A stretch of 64,000 nt of DNA from Botryllus schlosseri (taxonomy: Eukaryota): positions 8,620,001 to 8,684,000 of the forward strand of contig CM119372.1 in assembly GCA_051294905.1 (NCBI GenBank), given 5' to 3'. Under the pieces are notes generated by a model. The model was not told the DNA's origin and searched no databases. It worked only from the letters and a program-made list of their open reading frames with translations. The translations under genes were made by a program, and so were the position numbers. Below, piece by piece: positions 1 to 12,901 of this stretch (its first letter is position 1; each line of letters opens with the position of its first letter).

Positions 1-1700
1 GCTATTGATATGATGTCAGACAGTATCGCTGGATTGAATGTTATGAAGCTTGCGTTGTACGCAACAAAATGGGCGGTCTATATCTACGTTACAGGGAACG
101 GGTGCGAGTGCTAGATCAAGCCCATGTAATACCTGTACGGCCAGGGCCGGATCAAACTGGTACTGCACCCGGTCCAGGCTGGCTTATATCATAAAAATGG
201 ACCACTGATCACGCAACGGTCAATCTCACCGACCCCAAATTAAAATGAGACAAAACGGCGTCATTATCAATAAAGTGCGAGTCGTGGTTTGATTATCACG
301 CTTAGATTGGGTGCGCGATCTTCGAATTCTCTGTCGTATTGGAGGTGGGCTCCATTGCATGAATATCAGCTGATCTTCAGAAGTACTGACGTACAAATTA
401 GCACGATGAAAGCCGCATACTGAGAATTATCAAGGATTAATTATGTGTGCGAAATAGGCCGTTGAGTTCTGATGTGCGTAAGCTTAGCTGGTTTGCTGGT
501 CGGTTGCGTAACATGAAATAATGAGATTACCATATGGATAGGCCGCATAGTGGAAACCCGCGTGAACGTATCACTTTCCATGAAAACTCGACGACTATGC
601 GGCCGACATAAGTATACAAGCGAAGATGTATCTGACGTGATACTGTACCTATACCAAAGTAATGAGACCTGTAGTTGTACTTTGTTGACCCTTTTAGAAC
701 ACTGCATCTTTGCGAATATTCGGCGAAAGAAAATATAAAGTTAATTCACAGCCGGCCAGGATTCGCCACCAAGACGATTGCAATCCAGGCTTTTAGTTAC
801 GCGGTAATTACAATACGGGTGTATCAAACAGCTACGGCCCATGAGAACTACGCATAGCCTAAGAATTGCGCTGCGGCAGCAAGAAAATACACGACCTTTA
901 GGATTGCTGTTGAAATTAGTCCAATAAATTCGCCTCAGGAAAATCAACGATTATTCGGAATTCTAGACTCGCACTAAATTCAGGTGATCAACGCCGTCGG
1001 TATATGATGCCGCATCTGTTTAACGCAACGCGCAAGAATATAGGTATTCTGATTTCACCTGTACATGGGAGATGTTCTAACGTAGGGGTGTGCAGCGATC
1101 GGGTGCGTATCTATGTGACAAAGGTCTTGCGAAACTAACCCGTTCCACGCTGGGACACATGAAGACATTAAATTTTGTCCGACATACAGCTAGGGAAAGT
1201 CCGGTGCCAACAAGATCGGTGACGATAAAACCTCTGCCAAAATGACCGTCGCTGGTTGACTAAAACCTTCGACATTGCTATGTCCAATCGTCGGAATGCT
1301 CGGCGTGGGATTGGCTGTCGCGCGAATCCTGCGTTTGTTCAAGTAGTTTGAATTCAAGTAGAATAGCGGAGCGGACTGTTTCAGGCTAGGCGGCTTCACG
1401 GGTCGAATTTCAAACCGTCGGGATTCGCAATTCTGGGGAAATGAGATCGTGACAGTAGCGAGGTTGCGCCATATGGTCACTGTATAATGAAACCCGCATG
1501 AACTCGCTGCGGCTTCCTGACTGAGCGCTTCGAGGACGGTCGTCCTAAGGTAACTGGAATATAATCCCGTACGGCCGAAATGATTTTATAATGGACTATA
1601 TTGTATTAGTTCATTCCTTCGAGGCAAATCAAAAGGAATGTACCCCTTGCTTCAGTAACCAGAAAATGTCAACTGTAAGGCGATACTGTTCATCATGAAA
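1..1700 (-). mobile_element. Heavily decayed Ty3/Gypsy LTR-retrotransposon pol relic (PR-RT-RNase H), running off the left edge; gag may extend to about 2900
   Basis: Minus-strand translations across frameshifts and stops give Gypsy pol motifs in the correct order: protease 'VILAEVLSSPILLAPDF' (~1246-1196), RT N-terminus 'HIDTHPIAAHPY' (~1120-1080), 'FRIIVDF' (960-940), 'LVYL..IVV.FS' (~620-575), connection 'NDAVLSHFN' (~264-238), RNase H-like 'FYDISQPGPGAVPV' (~197-155). Each motif alone is weak; the collinearity is the evidence. Confidence 0.6.
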
Positions 1701-3232
1701 ACTGGGATGTTTCGTAAAACTGGGACGAATGCAAGTAATCTGATCTTAGCATTGCAACATTGATCTGACGTGAACCTTGGGCGCCGTTAGTGGTGCGAGC
1801 GAACAATCTCAAATGACATGATTTACGAATGGCGCTCGGTTCAGTTATACCCTGAGAATAGTGTAAGGAAAGACCCAGTTGTAGATAAACGATCCATGGG
1901 CTGGTTAGGCCTCAATGTAACGTTAAAAGAAGCCAATTGTTAAGATGTATGCTGTAGATTTGCATACCATGATCCAGTTTGTAATAAGCTCGGTTGCACT
2001 TTGTATGCGCATAGTGAAGCAACAGCGCCCGCTGGCGGCCTAAAGAAATAGGGGTGTTTTGATAAAAAGGGGGGCTAAATATGAATCTCAAAGTCGGCGC
2101 TTCAGCCGATTATGGGTCGACGGAGCTTAAGACGTAAAGGGTATGCCTCTGGTGCCTAGAAAATACTCTGAGATCTCGGAGTTTTGGCTACGCTTCGCAT
2201 GGGAATCCGAATTGAAGGATCCTTGTTGTTAGACATTGTGGTGTGTGGGTTGCTGAGTAAGCTTGCGAAAGAAAACCTAAATAGGATACCTACTTTACAA
2301 CCAAAAAGTAAAGTATTTCCCTGAGCGGGGAGAGGGTGATTGCAGCGAGCAAGGTACTGCACTGCAAGGCATTGTATTGACGCAAAACCAAAATGGCGGC
2401 CGCCTTTTCAAAAAAAAGGGGACCGAAACTCCCGGACCATCAAATTGCGCACGAGTCATGGCTCGTGGTCATTAATAAAGCCGAAAACAGACCAGATCGC
2501 GCACGTAGTCAGGATACTCAATAGCTTTGGAGCAAAAGAACAATTGGTCAATGGTCCCAGCTAGAACACGAATAATTACTCATAAAAAATGTAGAAAGAA
2601 AATTACTTGCCACGAGCTAGGCCCGAAATTAACTACCAGCTATTAAGTAGAGGAAGCCTTGTTTATTCTTTGAATCAGAAACCCATATAATCGGCCGCAC
2701 AACACAGCCTAATTCAGTCCAATTCGGACTCCAACACGAAGCGGAGGAATTGAAGCTCAGACAGACCGCATCTACGCACGGACGAGGCTGGCATTGTTGC
2801 ACCGAGGTTACGTCATCGAAGATCAGAGCGTATGTAAATTTAAGTTTATTCAGTATTTGATTCAAGATAAATGACCAATTAATTTGTCCAACACCCAGTT
2901 GGCAAAGTGTAGGGACTTTGCATCATCATGCAATCATGCATACTTCGAAAATTCAATTTGGCTTAAATGATGACTTGACGGTACTTGGCTGGGCTCGGGT
3001 CGAAATGTGTAATGTCTCAAGGGGACTCGTGACTCGAAGGTAGTGGTTTGATCTCCACACTGTTCTGAGGTCACAAGAGTTTATGGTTATAGCTATTCTG
3101 GAACACAGTGCAACTGTATAAAAAGTGATAGTCGTTTTGAATTCAAATAAAGGAAACGCTGAAAGACAGAGAGGGTCCGAATTATATGACAATTGCTAAA
3201 TAAAAGAAAAACTGACTTATGGATGATATCAG

Positions 3233-4452
3233 CAGAGGTGGCCAAAGTAGTCAAGAAAGCTACTTAAGAAGAAGTAGGAGTAGCGACGGAAAAATCTACT
3301 CAAGAACAAGTAGAAGTACTTCTTCAATAAGCCACCTAAAACTACTTGAAGTAGAAGTAGAATTAACTGACTTTATATCTACTCAAGTAAGTAAGTAGTT
3401 TTGAAAACAGTCTTAATTCGTTCGCATGGACTGTCAAAAGCTGCGAATTGAGCTATGCGGCCCGTGCAGGGAGCTTGATTCGTATTGATGCATCCCAGGA
3501 GGTATCAACTTTCGACATAATAACTATTGTTTCGCATCATGGGATGCAAATTATAGTACTGATATGAAAATGCGATACTTATCTTTTGTTTACTAGAGCA
3601 TCCCGTTTTTAGAGAATATCATGGGATGGCGCCCTACATGTGTAGGATGTATCGGATATGGTTACATCACCTTGCGTGATTATTATACGTTAATAACAAA
3701 TATTGTGGATCGCGAAAGTTATGTTTAGTGTCGGCTAGTTTTATTTTCGGAAAATAGAGGCATTACTACACATGTGTTTATGCTTTAGCATCTATGAAAG
3801 TAAAAGTATGATGCTCACAATTAAAATGAAATACAGATACCACTTCTAAAAAGCGGATAATATATTTCCTGTATTTTGTCCACAAAGCTTAAAAGGTCAT
3901 CTGCTAAAACAGGTGTAACGTTCAAAAAAGCTGGATTTTTCAGATTATCAAGACACGTAAGGGGCTGCTAGATTACAATATGATAGGTAATTGCTAGATT
4001 GCGAAACGGTAGTTTCAAATGTTGTGGTGGGCCATATTTACTGTGATGAAATATTTGATAAGGACGACAATGCGGTGTGAGAGGAACCAAGCAATCCGGT
4101 ACCTAAATTACATTCACTGATACTTTCATGAAAACATATTTGTGACTCCATTACTACTATGCGCGAAGCGCAATAAAATTCCTGGGCTTTACTTGACTCT
4201 TATGAATATTAAATGTTGGTACTCCATGAAAACAGCCGCGGAATTCCTCAAGTTATCGTTCGTATTGGGGAATTAGACTACTTCTACTTGACAAACTGAA
4301 AATAGCGAAAATTAAGTAAGTAGATCACAAAATATTACGAAGTAGAAGTAGAAGTAGAGAAAATCAGATCTACTTGAATAAGTACCAGAAGTAGAGGAAA
4401 ACTACTTGAGTAATTCCAAAAAGTAGAAGTACTTCGTTACTGACCACCTCTC
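3233..4452. mobile_element. Non-autonomous TIR element (MITE), CAGAGGTGG termini, AAGTAG/CTACTT subterminal repeats
   Basis: CAGAGGTGG at 3233 and CCACCTCTC at 4444-4452; arrays of AAGTAG/CTACTT at both ends; shorter relative at 51338-51584. Confidence 0.8.
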
Positions 4453-5377
4453 GCTTTCAGACATATTCGGTTGTAATTCGAATGGGTGATGACATATGAA
4501 ATCCTTCGCGAATATTGCCGTTTGTTCTCAAACATGTGCGGTGCATAGTCCTAGTCGCCATGGATGAAACAAAGAAGGCTACACTATATTAATACGTTTT
4601 ATCAATAGTATTCAAAACGGATCATGCTTAACGGTATTGATCCATATCTGCAGAAACCCGCTCGAATAATCAATACGAAAGGTATGTAATTCATTTACGC
4701 GAAAATTCGAGTGGGACAGTTAGTATAGTTTAATTAAAGTCCAGAGATACTAATGTCTAGAGATATAAAAGCAGGAAATGACGAGTGCTTATGCCGCGTT
4801 TAGTCAATTAGTTTTAATAATATTTTAATCATTTCAAAACAACACGAAACTGCGATCCAGGGCAGTCGTACTAACTATCCTGTCGCGTGTAGTAATTGGC
4901 TGCGACAGATTTGGCGAGATGAAAGTGTCTATAGTTGAAAGTGAGCCTGACTCCAGTCAAGATTTGAATATGCCGAAAAACACTCTATTATTTCGTGTAA
5001 GCTTACATGGGCCGAGCTAGGACCAAGAATTAGTGAGGATGAAAAATAATCACTAGCAGCGATAAAGTTTCCGTAGGGTATGTTGCGGCGTTGTAAATGT
5101 GTAGTATCGCAGTGCGTCAATAAATATGTGCCGTTCGCTGTGCATATTCATGCCGACAATAAGGCGGGTGCCTTTGTACCTAGATATTCCATGGTTTTGT
5201 CAGCATTTTAGAGCATTCTTGTTTAGTGTTTTTGAGGACAATTTACCTCGCTGACGTAAGATGAAACGCACTAACTCAAAAATAGCTTCAGAAATATACC
5301 CACTTGTCGCATTAAGTAATAACAAGGACAAAGTCAAATTGGATTTATTATTGGTACTGCTAGCAGGCGATTCGAAC

Positions 5378-5573
5378 CAGGCTTGGACAACTAAATAATT
5401 CTAGTCGTCTAATCTCACGAAATTAGAGCGAAATGCCAGTAATATAATTCTAATCTAATTTGAAAAAGCTGCGTAGCTCTAATTCTAATTTTAACATAAT
5501 TTGGAAAAAGCTGTGTAGCTCTAAATCTCATCTAATTCGGAAAAGCTGAAAATTTTCTAGTTGTCTGGGTCTG
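5378..5573. mobile_element. MITE, CAGACTTGGACAAC family (CTAATT repeats), deleted copy
   Basis: Termini CAGGCTTGGACAAC / GTTGTCTGGGTCTG; flanks ATTCGAAC / ACTCGAAA (6 of 8 match); same internal repeats as 37211-38021 and 61245-61626. Confidence 0.75.
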
Positions 5574-5695
5574 ACTCGAAATGAAAATATATTTACCTAT
5601 ATCTGAACGTCACAAGCGCTACTATTCCGGCAAGGTCAACACACTCAATACCATTCTGATCAGGACGTCAATGCCCCTGTGGAGACGCTGTAAAT

Positions 5696-6850
5696 CAGAG
5701 GTCTCAAACACGCGGCCCGCGGGCCGCATGCGGCCCGCCAGATCATTTTGTGCGGCCCGCGACGGCATTTAAGATTTTCATTAATTTTACAATATATAAG
5801 TGCCACATATATCTTTTCAAGTTTTAAAGTGAAAATTCGCTCTTTAATTTCTCCGAAAGCTTGAAACTATTCAACAATTTTCACTATTTGCGCCCATGCA
5901 GTAGAAGATTCACTATTTCGCCACATTGCCAGTTCATGATGATAAACCCTGACCCTTAGACGATAGTCGTTTACAGCACTATGCTTATAGACGATTCGTG
6001 GCTGAAATTTGTGAGTAGACTTGGACGCGACCTTTATTAGAATTACTCGGACTCGGGCTGACTCGATGGCCAAATTAAAATGACCCGGGTGGACACGGAG
6101 TCGTGGGAATAGTAATAGATCAGAAGGTCGCAGCGAGGTATTTCGCTTACTAAGCAAGCAACCACTGGCAATCTATTAGTTACATCTTGGGTCGCTAAAC
6201 CATGTTATTATAAGGCCACTTAAATGTACTGAGTGCCGTATAGCGTTACGCTCCAACGATGTAACAACAATGGTTGTTCGGCGTTCCGGCATTTCTATAA
6301 CTATGACACATTCATTAATATATTTATAATGTTATTTTTCCGCTCTAATATTCGAAGGTAATTGACCATGAGCTTAATAACCCACTTATCAGGAGTATAC
6401 CCGAATATTGGATTGGGCTACATTGCTAAACCCCACATGCTGTGATATCAGATCGATCTCTATTATTAATCTGTTTGATTCACAATATTCATTGTAGCTG
6501 CAAAATTATAACGTGATAGCTTTTATGATAGCATTGTATATTTTTCCGCTCACATGGCGTCTATATCTTAAAATTAATATATATCAAGTACAACAACACT
6601 TCTATTCAAATAGTTATAAATGTATGATTTTTTTCATGCCAGGCCTAAATTGATACAAGAGTAAATAACATTTTTATGATGTGTGTTGAATGTCAGAGTG
6701 CTGTATCGGCACACATTCAATAGGAAAATTTCATCCCGTCAACTAAGGCCTACTTGGAAAGACATGGAATACCCTTATTGATGCTGCGGCCCGCGGCGTC
6801 GTAAAAACTGGGAAAATGGCCCGCGAGCTCATTTGAGTTTGAGACCTCTG
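5696..6850. mobile_element. hAT (Buster/Charlie-type) MITE
   Basis: TIRs CAGAGGTCTCAAAC / GTTTGAGACCTCTG, GCGGCCCGC subterminal motifs, perfect 8-bp TSD CTGTAAAT (5688-5695, 6851-6858). Confidence 0.92.
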
Positions 6851-8006
6851 CTGTAAATGGTCACGGAGCAGCGAGTCAGTTCGTTGGCTACTGTGTCCCT
6901 TTTGTGTTGTCATGTATATCGGGGCCTTGTGTCGAGTTTACGTCCTAGCGCTGAAGCGCCAGTATAGTTGCCGGCTATCTAATCGCAAACAACAATGTCA
7001 ACGGATTTCAAATTGCTACATCGATACCTTTGGTGCTAGACCTTGGAGAAGATCGATTAATATTCCAAAATTTTAGGGCTACTATTGTGATTAATAAACA
7101 TCGATACCTTGGTCACTAACTAGGATTAATAAAGAAGTATAATGTAACCGGAATTACTAGGCCTATAACATTAGGAATACTTCAGGCCAGTACTGCTAAT
7201 ATAAAGACCTTAGAAAAGTAACCCATGGTTGAACTTATCCACACATTCGTTTTTCGAAACTGATGTGTCGATGATGGAAAATGACACTAGGCCAAAACCC
7301 GCTTTGTCCGCGTATTCACTTTACGAAGTGAATGCGCCTGACGAACGCCATTTTGTCGCATTGCAATCATTACGTGTAAGAACTATGAAAGTTTACTGTA
7401 TTGGCAAAAATCAATCTGCAAAAGGGTTTTTCATGTGAGGGTTTACTATGACGTATTATTGCAACGTGACGCCTATCTTTCTTATATTGTTCAAGTACTG
7501 CATTTACCTAATCTTTGACATCTACCATCATATTGCTTTAAGATGACGCTAACATGTCTTAGATATAGGTATAAGTTATGAAAATTTAATATGAGAATAG
7601 TTGGTTGTTACTGCAGTAATTTAACAGCGAGTACTACAACTGTAGGTATTAATAAGGCGTCATAACTGACCCCGCCCCTATACTAGTATCAGGACCCTTC
7701 ACCCCAACGGGACAAAAGTTTGAAAATTTGATGTGTAATGGACCATAGGACAATAAAAACATGGGTATTTAAAGACCTCTCGGGGTAAGGCATTGGAGCA
7801 TATGTGAGTTCGAAATTCGCGATAAGCGTAGTCTATTGCCTATGAAGCACGATATATACGAATTAATAAAAAAGCTTAAGCACACCAATACTGGAAATTA
7901 AGGAATATAGCATGATTACAATTGGGATATTGGTTCACATATGACTATTATAAGTGAGATGGTATCATTTTGTGCTTATCTGGGACTGTGTCGTATGCAT
8001 GTTAAG

Positions 8007-11000
8007 TGTTAGCTATACCATCAGTTTGCTTTACCAAAAATGGCGCCACCATTTTTTCATGTATGCGAGCTTTTACAGTGAGCCGAAGTATGACTGATAT
8101 ATGTATGCATATCTATGCCATGTATGATGTCCACATGAATTGTACACTCAGTTGTAGTATCCAACTATTGCATATAAAGACGACATCGGTACGTCCGCTA
8201 GTTTCGGCGAACTTGTGACTCTATGCCAATGTAAATCCGCCAGTCTGAAACAGAGCCCCAAACGAAGCATCCAGTAGCAGACTATATCCAAAAAACCGGA
8301 CATTGACGGAGGCATTGCGGAAGGGTTTGACGTCTTTTGAGATTGAAGGGTGATGTTCCGATGTCCCTCTGAAAAATCTTGACATGCTATTGATTGGATC
8401 GGCTGCTTGCTGTAGTTGCAAAGTACACAGAAATAAAGCAGTGCGATGAAATGGGAGCGACTGCTAACCGAAATTGCAATGTATACATAAATGAAAAAGC
8501 TCGATTAAATTTGCTGGAATCGCTCCATAAAACCGATGAGCTAAAATGGAAAGAGCCAAGAACATAGAGGTATTGCATTCGGAATATCGTTACAACGAAA
8601 CCTCAACAAACGCCGCGTTCTGTTGGACTTGGAATGCCCGATCTCCGAATCGACAGCACGCAAGTAGGCTACTTGATGACCCTAAGTAGTAACGACTCAA
8701 ACAAGGAGTCGGTTCCTGGACTAATTGCGGTTTGATATCTGCATCTGGAAGATTAGGGAACTCTTATAAACAAGGTGGTCGGCAAATTGGTCAACTTGAA
8801 CTCTGTGTGGTATTGTTTTTTGTGGCATCGATTGGCATATTTCTTGTATATTATATGCATGTATATTGTCGGCAGGAAATACCGTCACATTTATGGTGTA
8901 AACACACCTTGGAGTATTGAACTGTTATTAATCGTGCATAGATATGAATAGGTTAAATCTTGACCCGTGTTGTGATTGACGTATGTTCCGTGTGCCAACT
9001 TAACCGAGTTTTACTAAGATACTTCATTGCTGTCGGCATGATAATTATTGGAGTATGTTGGTTGAATTAAGCCAAGGGGCTTGTCTATTGTATGAATAGT
9101 TTGAGCCGCTGGACCTTCCGAGGTCACTGCTTCGTTCGATCAATCTACAACCAAGGCTTCAATCAACGTCGACAAAACCGGGTTGTATAAGGGGTGTGGA
9201 AAAATGTGGAAAAGCCAGGAGATGGGGTTGAGCTCTGTGAAGTAAATCGAACCAAGTGTGGAATACTTGCATGGCAAGCGCCATGAAGCTACACTATAAT
9301 CAAATGGAGGCACCAACTGAACTTCTTCCAGGGCTGAACGTCATTTCTTGGCAATTTCAGTGGACGGGGGAGAGTCTGAAGACGAACACATCGATTACCT
9401 CCTTACTATCTGCGAACGCCAATCTATGAAAAGAAAAGATCGTCGAAGGATCACAACTGGGGTTTTCTGCGCCGACACGGGAAGCGTCCTCAAATTGAAA
9501 AACGTCGTAGAAACCTAATACCCGCCAAGCTGGGAGGAGCGGCAACCTATAGACATGAAACTACGTAATATAGGTGACTCCTCCCACGTTGACTCCTTAG
9601 TAATAATCAATTTCAACGGACTATCGGCTCCATTCGCGATCGAGAAAGGAGACCTCTCGATATTGTAGGTCTAAAATGGATTGATCATGTACAACAATTA
9701 CCAAACATAGCGACTGAATTTGAATCTCCGCCTAATGCAAACGAAGAGTTGTCTTTAGTAACGCTTCATGACGGGATCTCGTGTGATCAACGGGACGGAA
9801 CCAAAGTCGGAATCAGTCTTCGCGACACTGTAACCGATGATGGGTTGATGGAAGCTGCAAATCAGATAAGCGTCGAGCCGGCACGTTGTCTGTGTCGCCG
9901 CAGGCCGTTGCCGCTGGCGCAAGTGTCGAGATGGTAATCACCACTGGCGCGAAATGTGTCGAGTCAGGAATCCCTGCTGGCACCAATCATCAATACGCCG
10001 ATCTTACGACGGCAACTGTCTTACCTTCTTTCCCAAAAGGTCAAAAATATGGGAAATCCCTAGTGTTGGGTCAGGTAGCCCCTGCTGGCACTAGTCGAGA
10101 AAGTGTCGGGTCAGTTAGCACTGCTGGCACTAACTAAAGATGTGTCGAGTCAGGAATCCCTGCTGGCACCATTAATGAAGACGTCGAGCGCGGAATCCCG
10201 GCTGGCGTAAATAAGGACCTGCACGAGAAAACTGGTCCTAAATGCTCTCGTGGATGCACTTGTCCGAATAACTGTAATGATTCGGCCCATAGATGCATGA
10301 CGACAGCCACAGTTATGAGTAATTTCCCAAACAAAGCAGCTGTTACCGGCTAACCGGACACATGTCCGGTCATGACCGGCAAGGAGTCTGGGGATTTTAA
10401 GATGCACGTCTCCCCAGAAACGGGCCCCGGTGGCGACCGAATCCGCCGGCGTGACGGTAGGCGTGGGCACACGCCGAGATCAGAGGTCAGATTGAATAGG
10501 TTGGGAATCCCCGCTGACAACGAAGAGCCTCGCCCTCTCTCCACCAACACCAAAACCCCGTTCATCACGAGATTCGCACTGGGCCAATAACTGGCCCAAT
10601 TACTATGTAGCCTAACCTTACGACAAGACACCAGTCCCAGCGTGTAGATGGAACTCGAAAGTCTCTGTGCACAATCGGTAGCACTGGCGAAACTGTCATA
10701 CAAACCTCCTGACTTTTGACTGGCCTAGAAAATATCGCCGTTCCTGAAGGAGTCTTGACAGCCGTTTATAATCCATTTGCTTCCGAACTTGATAGCCTGC
10801 GGGGCCACCTCAGCGCCCCCCAATCCATGAAATACCAATGCGACATCGAACGTAAGGACCCATCGACTAAGCCTTTCGTTTCTGGCCCTTATAACCTGAC
10901 GCGGGAGGGCCAGGCGAAGGCACTAAAGGAAGCAATAGATAATACCTGATTTTGGTATTATTGAACAAGGTTTTGCCGAATGAAAATTGGCTATTTGTGT

Positions 11001-12900
11001 TGTTCCTGAGGAAACGAATGAAAGACTACAAGACAAGGCGAGTCGCACTCGATAGTAGCAAGACGGACGTCAGAGGTAAACCCCCATCCCAAGAAGTGTA
11101 CATGATCGCTTACTACAGTCCGACGTGGGTAACTCCTGCGGCGAAAGACTATGATCCAAGCACTACAGCGCTGAAACATCTGCCACCCCTAACAATACAA
11201 TGGCGGATGAAAGCGAGGCTGGTGCAAGTAAGACGATCGAAATCGATGGCTAACAAGAAGGGGGAGTATAAAACTGTCAAACCAACTGATGCGACTTATG
11301 GGAAGCAACAGTTGCAAACTCTTCGCGCGCGAAACCAAACCGACGGAATGACGAAAATCATTGGTGAAACACCTACAACGACGCGAGTGCATCCGGTCAC
11401 CACTGCGAAGGCTCTGCAGAACTCCACGGAAGACGGCAGGACCGACATCGGAGCGGATTACCAAAACCCGGATCACAACCGCAAGGTAAGTACCGAAACA
11501 ACTGTTTTGTATTTAACAGGAGACGACAAAGACGACTCGTCCTCGAAGAGTGTCGAACTAATGAATATTACCTTGGAGTCAACGATGGCTAACACATCGC
11601 CGCAGCCCGGGAAGAAAACCCGAAGTTTGGGAACACCCGCTCCTGAGTATTCCCGAATATCAAGAACCACCGTGGGGAAGACAACCACAAGTTTCGTTGA
11701 CTACAACTACACTTGGTGGCTGCACGAACTGGTGATGATGGAAGGTGGATATAAGGTAAGAGAATTATCCTTGATCGATAGGATTATTATGGAAGGTGCG
11801 AATCTGATACCTATCGTGGAACCAGTGGTTGTAATAATGGTGGTAACAGGGTTGGTTGCTCTGTTGATTGTGTTATGGGTAGGTTGTATAAGGTGTCGTC
11901 GACGTAGAACCTCAAGTCGTATGAGGAACACGAGGAGACGAAACGGAACAAGTCAATGGATGGCGATAAGAGTAATACGGAACACAACGGAGAATGACTA
12001 AATCTGAAGGTAAGAATGGGTGTTTGAGATTTGGAGATAAATACGTGATTTTCATAGTTTGTTTTATGGAAGAAGTGAAGTGTGGTGTGATAAATTTGGT
12101 AATTTTAGAAGTAACATTGCGATAGGTATAAGGCGTACAAAAATAAACCGGCGGCGCATCGTATGTAATAAGTATCTAATGAAGTATTTTACGTAATGGG
12201 CGTAAACGGAAAAAACTGAAACCTCGTAACTAGAAATCTGGTGAGTCATGAAATATCAATTCGAGAGAATTATAAAAGAAAAAAAGGTGACGTGTAAAAG
12301 TACTTAGTCAATAAAATGATCACCATGAACGGGTAATGTTGGTGTATAGTGCACTAGTTCCAAATATTTGTAGTGTAGCTTAGCGGTTTGGGTCGAACGA
12401 ATGATTAAGAAAGACTGCAAGTCCCAATCCTTGAATAATTGATTAAGTACATGTAGACTAGACATAGGCTATGGTCTTTGACTACTTAACTAAATTCCAT
12501 TTATGACCAATGTCTATTAGTAGTAAGAGTGTGTGTGCTTGTAATCAGGATAGTGTGCAATTACAAAATTAGTAAGTTCAATCTCTTTATTAGTTGCTGA
12601 CTCATACACAATAGCTAACCTTGGATGTTTTATCTACATTTTTATTACACAGGATTGGATATCTGCCATATTTGAATGATTCATACATTTCAGAGACCAT
12701 GTTATAAAAACTTGAAAAAGGAGGGATATTTAGCAAATCTTTCTTTAATGTTAATTGCATAGTGGATAATTCGAGCTGTGCCACAATGTAACAATTTAGC
12801 ATGCCACCGTTAATCATATGTTTGCATATGTTTAATGGTTGTATGATAGTCATTCAAACGACAATGTGGCATATAAGTAAAGAAGTAAATTGGTAATAAT
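8007..12900 (+). mobile_element. Internally deleted, decayed Ty3/Gypsy LTR element with an extra 3' membrane-protein frame
   Basis: Gag Zn-knuckle remnants (~9185-9300); protease 'FCADTGS' (DTG at 9474-9482) and 'DIVGLKWI' (~9659-9682); RT N-terminus 'KPFVSGPYNLTREGQAKALKEAIDN / DFGIIEQGFAE*KLAICVVP' (~10870-11007); RNase H piece 'EVYMIAYYSPTWVTPAAKDY' (11093-11152); polypurine tract GAAAAAGGAGGGA (12714-12726). Putative 5' LTR 8007-8469 (TGTTAGC...GCTAACC, TATAAA 8173, AATAAA 8432). LTR limits are tentative. Confidence 0.75.
10952..12001 (+). pseudogene. 349-codon chimeric frame in the Gypsy element: RT and RNase H scraps fused to a Thr-rich ectodomain, TM helix and basic tail (env-like)
   Basis: ORF track 10952..12001. 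TM segment VVVIMVVTGLVALLIVLWVG (11825-11884) is followed by CIRCRRRR. N-X-S/T sequons NQT, NST, NIT, NTS and NYT lie upstream of the TM. No signal peptide; starts at TTG. Confidence 0.55.
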
Positions 12901-12901
12901 G

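Noticed and set aside
8041..8050. TGGCGCCACC as the Gypsy primer-binding site
   Set aside because: It falls inside the segment that resembles the 3' LTR and does not extend into a recognisable tRNA 3' complement.
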